This document shows positions 13,361-23,306 of a stretch of 64,000 bases of DNA, in pieces. The stretch comes from Azolla caroliniana (Eukaryota; Plantae; Polypodiophyta), in the NCBI GenBank assembly GCA_043228905.1, contig JBHGNT010000010.1, positions 15,996,001 to 16,060,000 of the forward strand, in the 5' to 3' direction. How positions within the stretch are numbered: position 1 is the stretch's first letter; each line of letters begins with the position of its first letter. A program made the position numbers and the translations under genes. The notes beneath the pieces were generated by a model that was given only the letters and a program-made list of their open reading frames with translations, was not told where the DNA came from and made no database searches.

Positions 13361-15098
13361 ACGGATAATACCTGGTCCTTCGTCTGTTGCGGTGAGACCC
13401 ACAACTTCTGGCTGTGGTCATCTATGAACGTCACGAAGTACTACGATCCGGCATGTCACTTCGTGCCACTTGGCATACACCAATATGCAAAAGTTCTAGC
13501 GGCGCATTCTATCTCGTCAGTGGTCGAGTTCGGAAAGAGGTTCGGTTCTGCTTGCCGGCCAAGCAATCGATGCACTTCTCAAGCTGCACGTCTTTCACCT
13601 CCGGAATGAGGTTATCTTCCGCAAGTCTTCTCATCCCTTTCTGGCTCATCTAGCTGATTGGCTGATATCAAGTTCAACCGAACCTCCAAAACGTGCCAGA
13701 CATCTTTCAGCAACAACTTGCACCCGGTTGACATTGTCAAACACACATCTCCTATGCCGACAATTCGGCATGCATCTTCATCTCCCATATGTACAGAACC
13801 ATCATCTCCGGCTGTGTACGATGAGAAGCATTTCTGGTCAGGCGTCAGATGGAATGACGTGTCGGAGTTGACCACCCATGTCATGTCGTCGCTGACAAGG
13901 TCCAACTAATTTTCCTCAGTGATGAGCAATAGTTCTTCCTCACTTCTCGCGATTGTCGACGTTCCTTTCTGATCCGAACTTCTCCGGTCTAGACCCTTCT
14001 TCAAGGCGGCATTGTTGGCTCCTTTCTCCTTCCTGAAGTGTCGACAAATTTCCTGGAGTGCCCCAGCCTTCCACAATAAAAGCAGGTGGGCCTCCCCCTT
14101 GACTTCGACCTCGTCCCCGATTTGTCCCGATTTTGGGGACTCCGATTCCGGCCTCTTCCCCGGTTATGGTCGTCTTTCATAACCAAGGCTTTCGGATCAG
14201 TTCTGGACTCTCGGTCCTTCTGGCGAGCTTCTTCGTCCAGCAAGCTCGACTTTATCCTTGCTAGGGACAAGTGTTTACCTTCCGGTGTCGCGAAGTTTCG
14301 CGGGCGCGTTGTCGGGGTTTTTACGCCCTTGCGTGTAGAAAGGAGGAGGGACCACGGGGGTCTCGAACCGAAGAGCAAGAGAGAGAGGAGTAAGAGAGAG
14401 AGACCCGATTACACAGGACCGAAGATCCGATTGCGCAGAACCGACGATTGCACAGGGACACGGCCCAACAAACAGAGATCACAAATAAACGCCGACGCAG
14501 ATGGACGCAACAACGAGAGATATGTACTTATGAATGCAAGAAAATAACAGACTAAAGTATTACAACCCACGGTGGGGCACAAAATAGATACTAACGGAAA
14601 CGAACAGGGCGGCGAACAGCTGCCGACCCCTGTATGTCGCGACGCACAGAAAGGGAAAACAGGTCGGAGGTGCTGCAGGACGCACTCGGGGCGTTCCACG
14701 GAACAGCGCAAGCCTCCTCGAAACCTGCACAGGTACGCGATGGAGCAGAAGACAGAGAGAGCAGGAGTGAGAGAGAAGCTCCGAAATCGGTTCGGCAGCA
14801 CTTTGTCCTCTCCGCGGGAGATGTCCGACTTCTATTCTTCCTCTTCCTTTTATAGCCCGTCAAGAGGCCGTTTGGCATTAACTGCATACCAACCGAATCT
14901 GCCCACCTAGGATCCTCGTATGTACCTACTTCGTCCTTAGGTACTTCTTGGCGCGCGTGTGTGTGTAGAGCCGTTTCCCACGCCTTGTTCCTCCGATTCC
15001 TCTTGTGGGCGGTTTTCTTCACGACATCCGCCCCCACCTAACCGCGCATCCGCCGGCATGCGCCAAATTGAGTTGGCACGGAGAAAACCGGCCCGCCT

Positions 15099-18000
15099 TT
15101 ACTCTTCGCCTGCCGGCCCTTCCTCGGCCTCGGATCGGTCGTCGCTGCTATCCAGGAGAATCGGGTCAGGTTCGTCGTCGTGCCGCTTCTTGAAAGCTTT
15201 GATCCTCTTCCCGGCCACGGGTATCGCTATTCTCGTTCCGTCGAGTTCCGCCAGATGATACGTCCCGTTGTCGTTGGCGCTCTGTACCGTGTACGGCCCG
15301 AACCATCTCCGTGCGAACTTCTGCGTTGCTCGGTGCTGGTTGTCGAGGCTGCTGTCGTAGACGAGCACCCAGTCACCTTCGTCGATTTTCTTCGGTCGTA
15401 GCCGGTGCGTTCGGTCGAACCGGGCTTTGTTCTTTGTCCTCGCCACCCGGAGCTTCTCCGTAGCCAGTGCCACGTCCTCCGGTCTCCGCTCGAGCTGTCG
15501 TATACGTGCGGCCAACAACTCCTCCCGGCTCATCTCGTCCCTCCAGTCGACCGTTGCCCACGAGGAGATCGTCCGTTCAATCGGCATGATCGGCTTCTGG
15601 CCGAACATGAGCTCCGTCGGCATGTACCCGGTTACCGAACTGTGCGTGGTCCGGTCTGCCCACAAAGCATAAGGTAGCAACCGCGGCCAGTTACCGACTC
15701 GGCCTCCGCATGCCCGAATCAACGCCTTGACGATCGGTCCGTGTCCGCGCTCCACCTTGCCATTCGCCTCCGGATTGTACGCAGTGGTGAGCGAGAGCTT
15801 GACTCCAAGCCGGTCGAACAGCTCCGCGGCCTCTTCGGCGTCCAACTCCCCTCGGTCAGCCACGATCTTCCCGACGCACCCGTACCGGCATATCACGTCC
15901 TCGACTAGGAACCGACACACGGCCGCGGTCGTCTTGTTCTGAAGGGCTCGGCCTTCCACCTGGTTCGTCAGGTCTTCCCGCGCTAGGACCAGATACCGCA
16001 TCTGTCCTACCCCCATCGGCATCGTCACCAGATCTACCATCCATTTGAAGTGGATAGTCGGAGGGTACGTAGGGTGAAGCCCGTCCCGGTGTCGGACTAT
16101 CGAGTGCATCTGACAACTCTCGCAAGTTGACACGAACCGATGCACGTCCCGGTACAATCCCGGCCACCAGTACTTCCCCTTCAGCTTCTCAAACGTCGCC
16201 CACGTTCCACGGTGTCCAGCCCAAGGGCTGTCGTGGTAGGCCGCCAGTAGCTCCTCCTGTTCTTCCTTCATCGCCACCACCCGGAGCGGGACGCCGTTCC
16301 TCTTCTTCGGGTGCTTCCACAAATGCCCATCTCGGAGAAGGAATCGATATGCTTTCTTCCGGATCCGGTTGGCCTCGTCCTTCGTCCATGACGCATCGGG
16401 CGTCATTGTCTTCAAAAACCCGCCGATCTGCAGCCATTCCCCGTCGTACTTGCTCGCGTCGAACTCGTTAAGCGCCGGAGTGCTCATCCCGTCGGTCGTT
16501 ATGTATGCCGCCTCGAAGAAATCCACGCCGACTTCTTCGTCTTCCGAAACCATGCCGCCCTCGTCGTCGAACCTCGCCCTCGAAAGCATGTCGGCCATGG
16601 CGTTGTCTTTCCCGGAAATGTGTCGTATTTCCGGGTCCAGGGACTTGATGTACGCTATCCACCTGAGCATCGCCAGGTCCGGAGTCGCGCATCCGGAAAC
16701 CATACCGAGAATCGGCAGGCAATCCGTCTCGATGATCACTTCCGTCCCTATCAGGTAGTCTTTGTCGGCCTTAACCGCCGAAACAATACCCCAGAGTTCG
16801 CGTTTAACCTGGGCGTATCCTCGCTGCCGTTCACTGAGGACTTTCGCGCCGAATCGGATCGGAAACCGATTGCCGTCCTCGTCTTCCTGGTTCACGACCC
16901 ATCCGATCCCGGTCGGACTGGTATCCACCGTTATGAATACCGGGGTACCCTTCCCGTAAACCGCCTTCCGGAGTGCCGGTGCCGCTGCAAGGGCCTCTTT
17001 CAGCTTCCGGACCGATTCCGCGTGCTTGTCTAGCCATTCGAACCTTCGCCCCTTTTTCAGCAACCCGTACAGTGGCTCCGCGACGTGTGCGTAATGCGGG
17101 ATCCATATGTGGTAGAACGCGCATGCCCCCAGGAATCTCCGTACTTCCGTGACCGAGCTGCAGTCGGGCTTCATCGCGGAGATGGCTTCTACCTTTGCCG
17201 GAGACGGTTTCCGGCCATACGGTCCGCACAGGTGTCCGACCACCATGATTTCTGACTGCCCGAAGGCCGACTTCTCCCCGGAGAAGGTGAGTCTCGCATC
17301 CTCTAGCCTTCGCAGCACCTTCTCGCAGTCGTCGATGTGTGTCGCCACAAATCGCCGGCATCCGTCCGGCCCGATCGTCTCGTCCTTTTCTTCCACCGGG
17401 CATCCCTTGATCGGGATGTCGTCCAGAAACGGCATGGTGATGTCCGGGATACAGTCCCTCAGAACCTTGTTCATCGCATTCACCATGTGGGCCACCGAGT
17501 TGGTCCCTCCTTGCGGCAGTGTACACATCCGAACTAGGCCGAGGGGAGTTCGCATCGTCGTAATGTCTCTGCTCTCCACGGCAAGCTGGAACTGGTCGTA
17601 CCCTGAGTATAGATCCCCGACCGAGTAAATTGACCTTCCGGCGAAGGCCTCCGCGAACTCGTCTATGGTCGGCCCGATCCCTGCGTTCCGAATGGTCACT
17701 CGATTGACCGGCTGCAGGTCCTGGATGAAGCGCAACGAACCGTTTTTCTTCGGTACGGTAAACCATCGATTCGAATATGGGGCGCTCGACGGCTCGAGAA
17801 TTCCCATATCAACTTTCTGCCTCAGCAGCTCCATCAACTTCGGGATGTGAGCTCTCGGAACCGGGATTGGCTTGAGATTCCATGGTACATGCGGTATCGT
17901 GAAAATCACCATCGGCTCCACGATCGTCGGGTCAACGCACCCGATTTCCTCCGGCGAGAATGCGAAGGCTTTCCCGTGCCTTCCGAGCATTCTCCGAAAC

Positions 18001-18590
18001 CGGTCTTCCTCCGCCGGCAGTAGGAACCCGCCCCCACCGATTTTGAGCTCTCGGAGCGTCTCGTCGGTGAAGGTGTGCCCTATGCAGGCCGGATCTCGTA
18101 GACTAGGGTCCGATGCAACCCCTTTGATTCTCGACGCGCTGTCCTCCGGTAAGGGTGCCGCGACTGGCCTTACCTTCCGGTCCACAGTCTTGTACTTGGT
18201 GCTTACGTGGGCCGTCCGAACTGACCCGAGCCCTCGACCGAAGTCCGCGATGACTTCGTACATCTCCTCGGAACACACCGGTATCGTCCGGTCTTCGTTA
18301 AGGCCTTCTTCGACTACCTTTCCCAGCATTCCCAAGGTGTCGTCGAATGAGACCGCCTCCACGGCTCCGTTGATTTCCTCGTCAGGGCCGAGAACTCCGC
18401 ACGCTCGAAGTCTCCCCTCCGCCTTTGTCTTCTCTCGGCCGCCGATGCCGACTATCGTACACGCTCCGCTGTCGGAGAACAAAAATTCCCTACCTATGGT
18501 ACAAGGTTTCTTCGGTTTTATCGTACAGGTGTGGGGTTTTCCCGGGGTGTCCGGACTGTCGCGGCCCCACGCCTTGGCAGCCCTCTCTAA
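15099..18590 (-). CDS. Pol (RT-RNase H-integrase) of element B, in the -1 frame relative to gag
   Basis: DLYSGYDQF, LPQGGTNS, FLDD, VDTS/KRELWG, H-H-C-C zinc finger, DDE core, WFGPY; frame open from the gag stop. Confidence 0.93.
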   Translation of the reverse strand, partial: LERAAKAWGRDSPDTPGKPHTCTIKPKKPCTIGREFLFSDSGACTIVGIGGREKTKAEGRLRACGVLGPDEEINGAVEAVSFDDTLGMLGKVVEEGLNEDRTIPVCSEEMYEVIADFGRGLGSVRTAHVSTKYKTVDRKVRPVAAPLPEDSASRIKGVASDPSLRDPACIGHTFTDETLRELKIGGGGFLLPAEEDRFRRMLGRHGKAFAFSPEEIGCVDPTIVEPMVIFTIPHVPWNLKPIPVPRAHIPKLMELLRQKVDMGILEPSSAPYSNRWFTVPKKNGSLRFIQDLQPVNRVTIRNAGIGPTIDEFAEAFAGRSIYSVGDLYSGYDQFQLAVESRDITTMRTPLGLVRMCTLPQGGTNSVAHMVNAMNKVLRDCIPDITMPFLDDIPIKGCPVEEKDETIGPDGCRRFVATHIDDCEKVLRRLEDARLTFSGEKSAFGQSEIMVVGHLCGPYGRKPSPAKVEAISAMKPDCSSVTEVRRFLGACAFYHIWIPHYAHVAEPLYGLLKKGRRFEWLDKHAESVRKLKEALAAAPALRKAVYGKGTPVFITVDTSPTGIGWVVNQEDEDGNRFPIRFGAKVLSERQRGYAQVKRELWGIVSAVKADKDYLIGTEVIIETDCLPILGMVSGCATPDLAMLRWIAYIKSLDPEIRHISGKDNAMADMLSRARFDDEGGMVSEDEEVGVDFFEAAYITTDGMSTPALNEFDASKYDGEWLQIGGFLKTMTPDASWTKDEANRIRKKAYRFLLRDGHLWKHPKKRNGVPLRVVAMKEEQEELLAAYHDSPWAGHRGTWATFEKLKGKYWWPGLYRDVHRFVSTCESCQMHSIVRHRDGLHPTYPPTIHFKWMVDLVTMPMGVGQMRYLVLAREDLTNQVEGRALQNKTTAAVCRFLVEDVICRYGCVGKIVADRGELDAEEAAELFDRLGVKLSLTTAYNPEANGKVERGHGPIVKALIRACGGRVGNWPRLLPYALWADRTTHSSVTGYMPTELMFGQKPIMPIERTISSWATVDWRDEMSREELLAARIRQLERRPEDVALATEKLRVARTKNKARFDRTHRLRPKKIDEGDWVLVYDSSLDNQHRATQKFARRWFGPYTVQSANDNGTYHLAELDGTRIAIPVAGKRIKAFKKRHDDEPDPILLDSSDDRSEAEEGPAGEE

Positions 18591-20713
18591 AAATCCTCTC
18601 GGTTATCGGAACCGAGGGAGTCGCGGTTACGCTCGTGGTTCGGCCTAACCGTCAAAAACTGGACCGAATGGCGCCCGTCCTGGCTCTTGACCCGCGCATA
18701 GGCCGAACCGTTGTCCAGCACCTTGGTCTCCATTCGAGCCGCCGTGATGTACGGCTCTCCCAGTATGACGGGGTGCGATGACGACTCCTGCACGAAGAAG
18801 TGCTGGTCTATCTCGACATCGCCGATCTTGACCCGTACATTCGGGCAGGCCCCGTGAAGTTCCTCGGTGGCGCGCGTCGCCGCCCTTATCTTCCACCCGT
18901 GCTTGGTGTTGATCGGCCATTTGCCCTTCTTATAGAAGTCCATGGACATCAGGTTGATTTCCGATCCGTGGTCCACCAAAGCTACTACCGGTTCCTGGAC
19001 ATCGCCGATCTTTACCGGGGTTTCCGTGGTCGCTCGGGCCCAGTGTGGCCGCGAATAGTGGCTCTCCGCCCACTCGTCTTTCAGCGCCATGTCGTCCAGG
19101 TGCGCCGTCCGCACCTCTACCGGTCTTTCCGGTTCTGTCTCCGTTGACAGCCTCTTCCGTTTCACCAAGTCCACGATGGAGTCGTGGAACTCCTTCTTGG
19201 CGATTCCCAGCACCTCCCGTAGCGACAACTCCACCTTGCTGTCGAGGATCCGTTCCTCCAGGACCTTTCGTAAGTCCGTGGTTCTTTCTATCTCCGTCCC
19301 CAGACGGTACCCGCCCTTCTGGGGTTTATCTTGCGTACCGGCCCCGCCGGCTTCGTCCCGTCGTGGCCCGGACCGGGTCTCGTATCGTTGTGAGGGCCCG
19401 GTCGTCCCGGGTTTCCCCACCCGCTTCTCTTCTACCAGAGCCTCGTAGTTCCGGCAAGCGGCTTCCACGAAGCCCGTCTTTTCCTCGACCGGGTCGCTCC
19501 ACCCGGTCATCTCCCGTACCCGTTTCTCCGCACGGTCCGATTCCTCCCTTTTAAGCCCTGCACCGGCAAGGCCTTCCAGCATCGTCGGCCAGAATCCGGC
19601 TTTGCTTTCCTTTCGGGCCTCGCCGCCCCCGACTCGAATACCGGCCGACGCCGAGTAGTGGACGGTTTCCGCATGTCGGGCCGCCGCCTCTTCCATCAAC
19701 CTCTTCATTCCGCCTCGCCCGTCGTTTCGGTTTAGGGCCCTTCTCGTGTCGTTGGCGTGAACCCGGCCTTCCCATAGGTACACCACCCGGTTCCTCAGCG
19801 CCTCTGCGAAATCGCCGCAGTCTTTTCGGATGTGGCCGACCCCGTCGCACCACATGCACCTGTTCCCTGCCGCCGGCCGTCGGTCACGAGCAGGTCCTCC
19901 GTCTTCTCTGCGGGCCTGTGCGATTTGGAGGTCTTTTATCGCCCTCGTCAGTTCCTCCAACGCAGCTCCTCCAGTCGAGCCTCTGATCACGCCGGTCGGA
20001 GCTGAACCGGATTCCAGCCACTCCCGAGTCTCTTCCCTTCGCACCGGCTGCGCCGGCTCGAGTTTCCTCGCCGCGACTGAGCCCGAACCGGTTGCTCTGT
20101 CATCCTCCCATTCTCGCCGTTTGTCGAAACGGCCGCAGGCTCTCTTGACCGCCGCCCAGTCGGCTGTCAGCCCGTCTTCGGTTTCTAGCAGGGCGCCCAC
20201 GTGACTCCGATCCCTCTCGTCAACCGATTTGACGAACAGCAGGACCCGGCTTGTATCCAGGACCATCCTGTCAAGCGCCGAAAGGCGCGCGAAGTTCTCC
20301 TCGAACTCCCGGAGGAGTGCCGACGCATTCCTTCCTTTCCCGGGAGACTCCACCCACTCCATGAAGCTTCGCTTCGAAAGCCGGAGCGCGTCGTCCAGTC
20401 CGTATTTCTCCAGGAGCCGACCTTCGAACTCCTCCCAGGTACGGCTCTCCGCCCGCACCTCGAGCACCTCCGCGTGAATGCTCGGCATCGCCACTCGGGG
20501 AAAACCGGCAAGACGCCTGTCTTCCGGAATGTCCCGCATTAACATTTCCGCACCGTAGGACGCCAGGTACTTCGTGGCATCTTTTCCGGTGAATCGACCG
20601 ATCGTTCCGACGACCGCCTCAATAGCTCTATCGAGGGCGCCGGTGCCCTCACGCGCGCTTACTATCCGATCCACGGCCGAAGCCATGGCCTCTGCAAGAT
20701 CCGCCCCCTTCAT
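18587..20713 (-). CDS. Gag-protease of element B (708 aa)
   Basis: CMWCDGVGHIRKDC zinc knuckle; ALVDHGSEINLM aspartic protease; VILGEPY. Confidence 0.92.
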   Translation of the reverse strand: MKGADLAEAMASAVDRIVSAREGTGALDRAIEAVVGTIGRFTGKDATKYLASYGAEMLMRDIPEDRRLAGFPRVAMPSIHAEVLEVRAESRTWEEFEGRLLEKYGLDDALRLSKRSFMEWVESPGKGRNASALLREFEENFARLSALDRMVLDTSRVLLFVKSVDERDRSHVGALLETEDGLTADWAAVKRACGRFDKRREWEDDRATGSGSVAARKLEPAQPVRREETREWLESGSAPTGVIRGSTGGAALEELTRAIKDLQIAQARREDGGPARDRRPAAGNRCMWCDGVGHIRKDCGDFAEALRNRVVYLWEGRVHANDTRRALNRNDGRGGMKRLMEEAAARHAETVHYSASAGIRVGGGEARKESKAGFWPTMLEGLAGAGLKREESDRAEKRVREMTGWSDPVEEKTGFVEAACRNYEALVEEKRVGKPGTTGPSQRYETRSGPRRDEAGGAGTQDKPQKGGYRLGTEIERTTDLRKVLEERILDSKVELSLREVLGIAKKEFHDSIVDLVKRKRLSTETEPERPVEVRTAHLDDMALKDEWAESHYSRPHWARATTETPVKIGDVQEPVVALVDHGSEINLMSMDFYKKGKWPINTKHGWKIRAATRATEELHGACPNVRVKIGDVEIDQHFFVQESSSHPVILGEPYITAARMETKVLDNGSAYARVKSQDGRHSVQFLTVRPNHERNRDSLGSDNREDF

Positions 20714-21744
20714 TTCCTACTTTTCTGCCGCCTCTTTCACGTCGGGTTCACCAAGATGTCGGGGTTTTTACGCCCTTGCGTGTAGAAAGGAGGAGGGACC
20801 ACGGGGGTCTCGAACCGAAGAGCAAGAGAGAGAGGAGTAAGAGAGAGAGACCCGATTACACAGGACCGAAGATCCGATTGCGCAGAACCGACGATTGCAC
20901 AGGGACACGGCCCAACAAACAGAGATCACAAATAAACGCCGACGCAGATGGACGCAACAACGAGAGATATGTACTTATGAATGCAAGAAAATAACAGACT
21001 AAAGTATTACAACCCACGGTGGGGCACAAAATAGATACTAACGGAAACGAACAGGGCGGCGAACAGCTGCCGACCCCTGTATGTCGCGACGCACAGAAAG
21101 GGAAAACAGGTCGGAGGTGCTGCAGGACGCACTCGGGGCGTTCCACGGAACAGCGCAAGCCTCCTCGAAACCTGCACAGGTACGCGATGGAGCAGAAGAC
21201 AGAGAGAGCAGGAGTGAGAGAGAAGCTCCGAAATCGGTTCGGCAGCACTTTGTCCTCTCCGCGGGAGATGTCCGACTTCTATTCTTCCTCTTCCTTTTAT
21301 AGCCCGTCAAGAGGCCGTTTGGCATTAACTGCATACCAACCGAATCTGCCCACCTAGGATCCTCGTATGTACCTACTTCGTCCTTAGGTACTTCTTGGCG
21401 CGCGTGTGTGTGTAGAGCCGTTTCCCACGCCTTGTTCCTCCGATTCCTCTTGTGGGCGGTTTTCTTCACGACAGCGTGTTACTTGGGCGGGACCACGGGG
21501 GTCTCAGACTAGGGAGTACTCAAGGGATAGAGAAGACCTGAGGTTTGCTTTATGACAATACTACTTCCCCACCCCTTCCCGAGCAAGGTCTCGTTCCCCT
21601 TTTGTTTTGTGAGGCCGGTGGCTCTCGTTGATCACGACTCGTCGACCTTCCGAGATCACCGTACGAGCCAAGTGACCAAACGAGTACAAGCGAGATGAGC
21701 ACGCAACATGAACGCACAAGGGGACGATAACACAAACACGAATG

Positions 21745-22470
21745 TCCGTACGACTTTATGAGGAGGAGAGGTGCATGGGCGCGCCTAAACGCTCCCTAGT
21801 GACAAGATGTCGAACGTACAAGGAAGACACCAAAAACACGCACAAAATGCTCGTATGACTTTATGAGGAGGAGAGGTGCATGGGCAAGCCCGAACGGTCC
21901 CCTCGTCACAAGACGGTCGAACGTACAAGGAAGACACAAACACACACACAAATGCTCGTACGTCTTTATGAGGAGGAGAGGTGCATGGGAAAGCCCGAAC
22001 GGTCCCCTCGTCACAAGACGGCCGAACGTACAAGGAAGACACAAACACACGCACAAATGCTCGTACGCCTTTATGAGGAGGAGAGGTGCATGGGCAAGCC
22101 CGAACGGTCCCCTCGTCACAAGACGGTCGAACGTACAAGGAGGACACAAACACACGCACAAAATGCTCGTACGCCTTTATGAGGAGGAGAGGTGCATGGG
22201 CAAGCCCGAACGGTCCCCTCGTCACAAGACGGACGAACGTACAAGGAAGACACAAACACACACACAAAATGCTCGTACGCCTTTCTGAGGAGGAGAGGTG
22301 CATGGGCAAGCCCGAACGGTCCCCTCGTCACAAGACGGTCGAACGTACAAGGAGGAAACAAACACACACACAAAATGCTCGTATGCCTTTATGAGGAGGA
22401 GAGGTGCATGGGCAAGCCCGAACGGTCCCCTCGTCACAAGACGACCGAACGTACAAGGAAGACACAAACA
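21745..22470. repeat. Tandem array, 7 copies of a 105-106 bp unit in LTR A
   Basis: Recurring tttatgaggaggagaggtgcatgggcaagcccgaacggtcccctcgtcacaagacg. Confidence 0.95.
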
Positions 22471-23256
22471 CAAGGGGACGATAACACAAACACGGATCAG
22501 TTCTGGACTCTTGGTCCTTCTGGCGAGCTTCTTCGTCCAGCAAGCTCGACTTTATCCTTGCTAGGGACAAGTGTTTACCTTCCGGTGTCGCGAAGTTTCG
22601 CGCGCGTGTGTTACTTGGGCGGGACCACGGGGGTCTCGGACTAGGGAGTACTCAAGGGATAGAGAAGACCCGAGGTTTGCTTTATGACAATAGTACTTCC
22701 CCACCCCTTCCCGAGCAAGGTCTCATTCCCCTTTTGTTTTGTGAGGCCGGTGGCTCTCGTTGATCACGACTCGTCGACCTTCCGAGATCACCGTACGAGC
22801 CAAGTGACCAAACGAGTACAAGCAAGATGAGCACGCTGTTATTCGCTGGCCGGACAAGGCCTAACACAAGGTGTCACGGAGACACTTCACCAAAGGGTGA
22901 TTACGGCATAGGATTAAGATTCAACGATTACACCGTCTTACGTAAGTTACACGATTAGAATGCTTTGGTTAATTACACGCGTAAGATATAACAGTAATTA
23001 CCGAACGGAAATCAGACAGAAGTACAAACACCATAAGCTCTATTAATTATCCGCTGCGATTACAATGGGGTCCGGGACTTTAAATAGGTTTCCGGCCCGT
23101 AGTACAAAACGGTGCCTATCGCACCTATTCGGGATCCGTCCGGATCTGGAACGGCATACCGTTTCCAGTCCGTCCGTCCACACTATGCTTATTTACAACC
23201 ATACTAAATTAATTCCTTCACTCCGTATTTTGGACTCCTTGCCGGCCGGTAACACA

Positions 23257-23294
23257 TGGCACGCCCGTGGGACAGTACCTTGTACGTCGAACCC
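23257..23294 (+). promoter_or_regulatory. Antisense tRNA-Arg(UCU)-type primer-binding site at the position of the PPT
   Basis: TGGCACGCCCGTGGGAC 2 nt from the 3' LTR, plus TCGAACCC complementary to the T-arm; tRNA identity from recalled plant tRNA sequences. Confidence 0.75.
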
Positions 23295-23306
23295 TTCTCG
23301 GCCCCT

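Larger units (their letters stand above)
14310..21473 (-). mobile_element. Intact Phygy-like Ty3/Gypsy retrotransposon (element B); LTRs 14310-15026 and 20757-21473
   Basis: 717-bp LTRs with no differences found by eye; TSD GCGT; PBS TGGTGAACCCGACGTGA (tRNA-Trp); G-rich PPT-like tract after 15026; no chromodomain. Confidence 0.95.

Noticed and set aside
15180-20840. Antisense and overlapping ORFs in element B (and likewise in C and F)
   Set aside because: Expected shadow ORFs of GC-rich coding DNA, with no recognisable motifs.
21745-22470. Retrozyme hammerhead or twister ribozyme in the repeat unit
   Set aside because: No CTGANGA...GAAA core; twister-like words (GGTCCC, CAAGCCC) are not in the required order.
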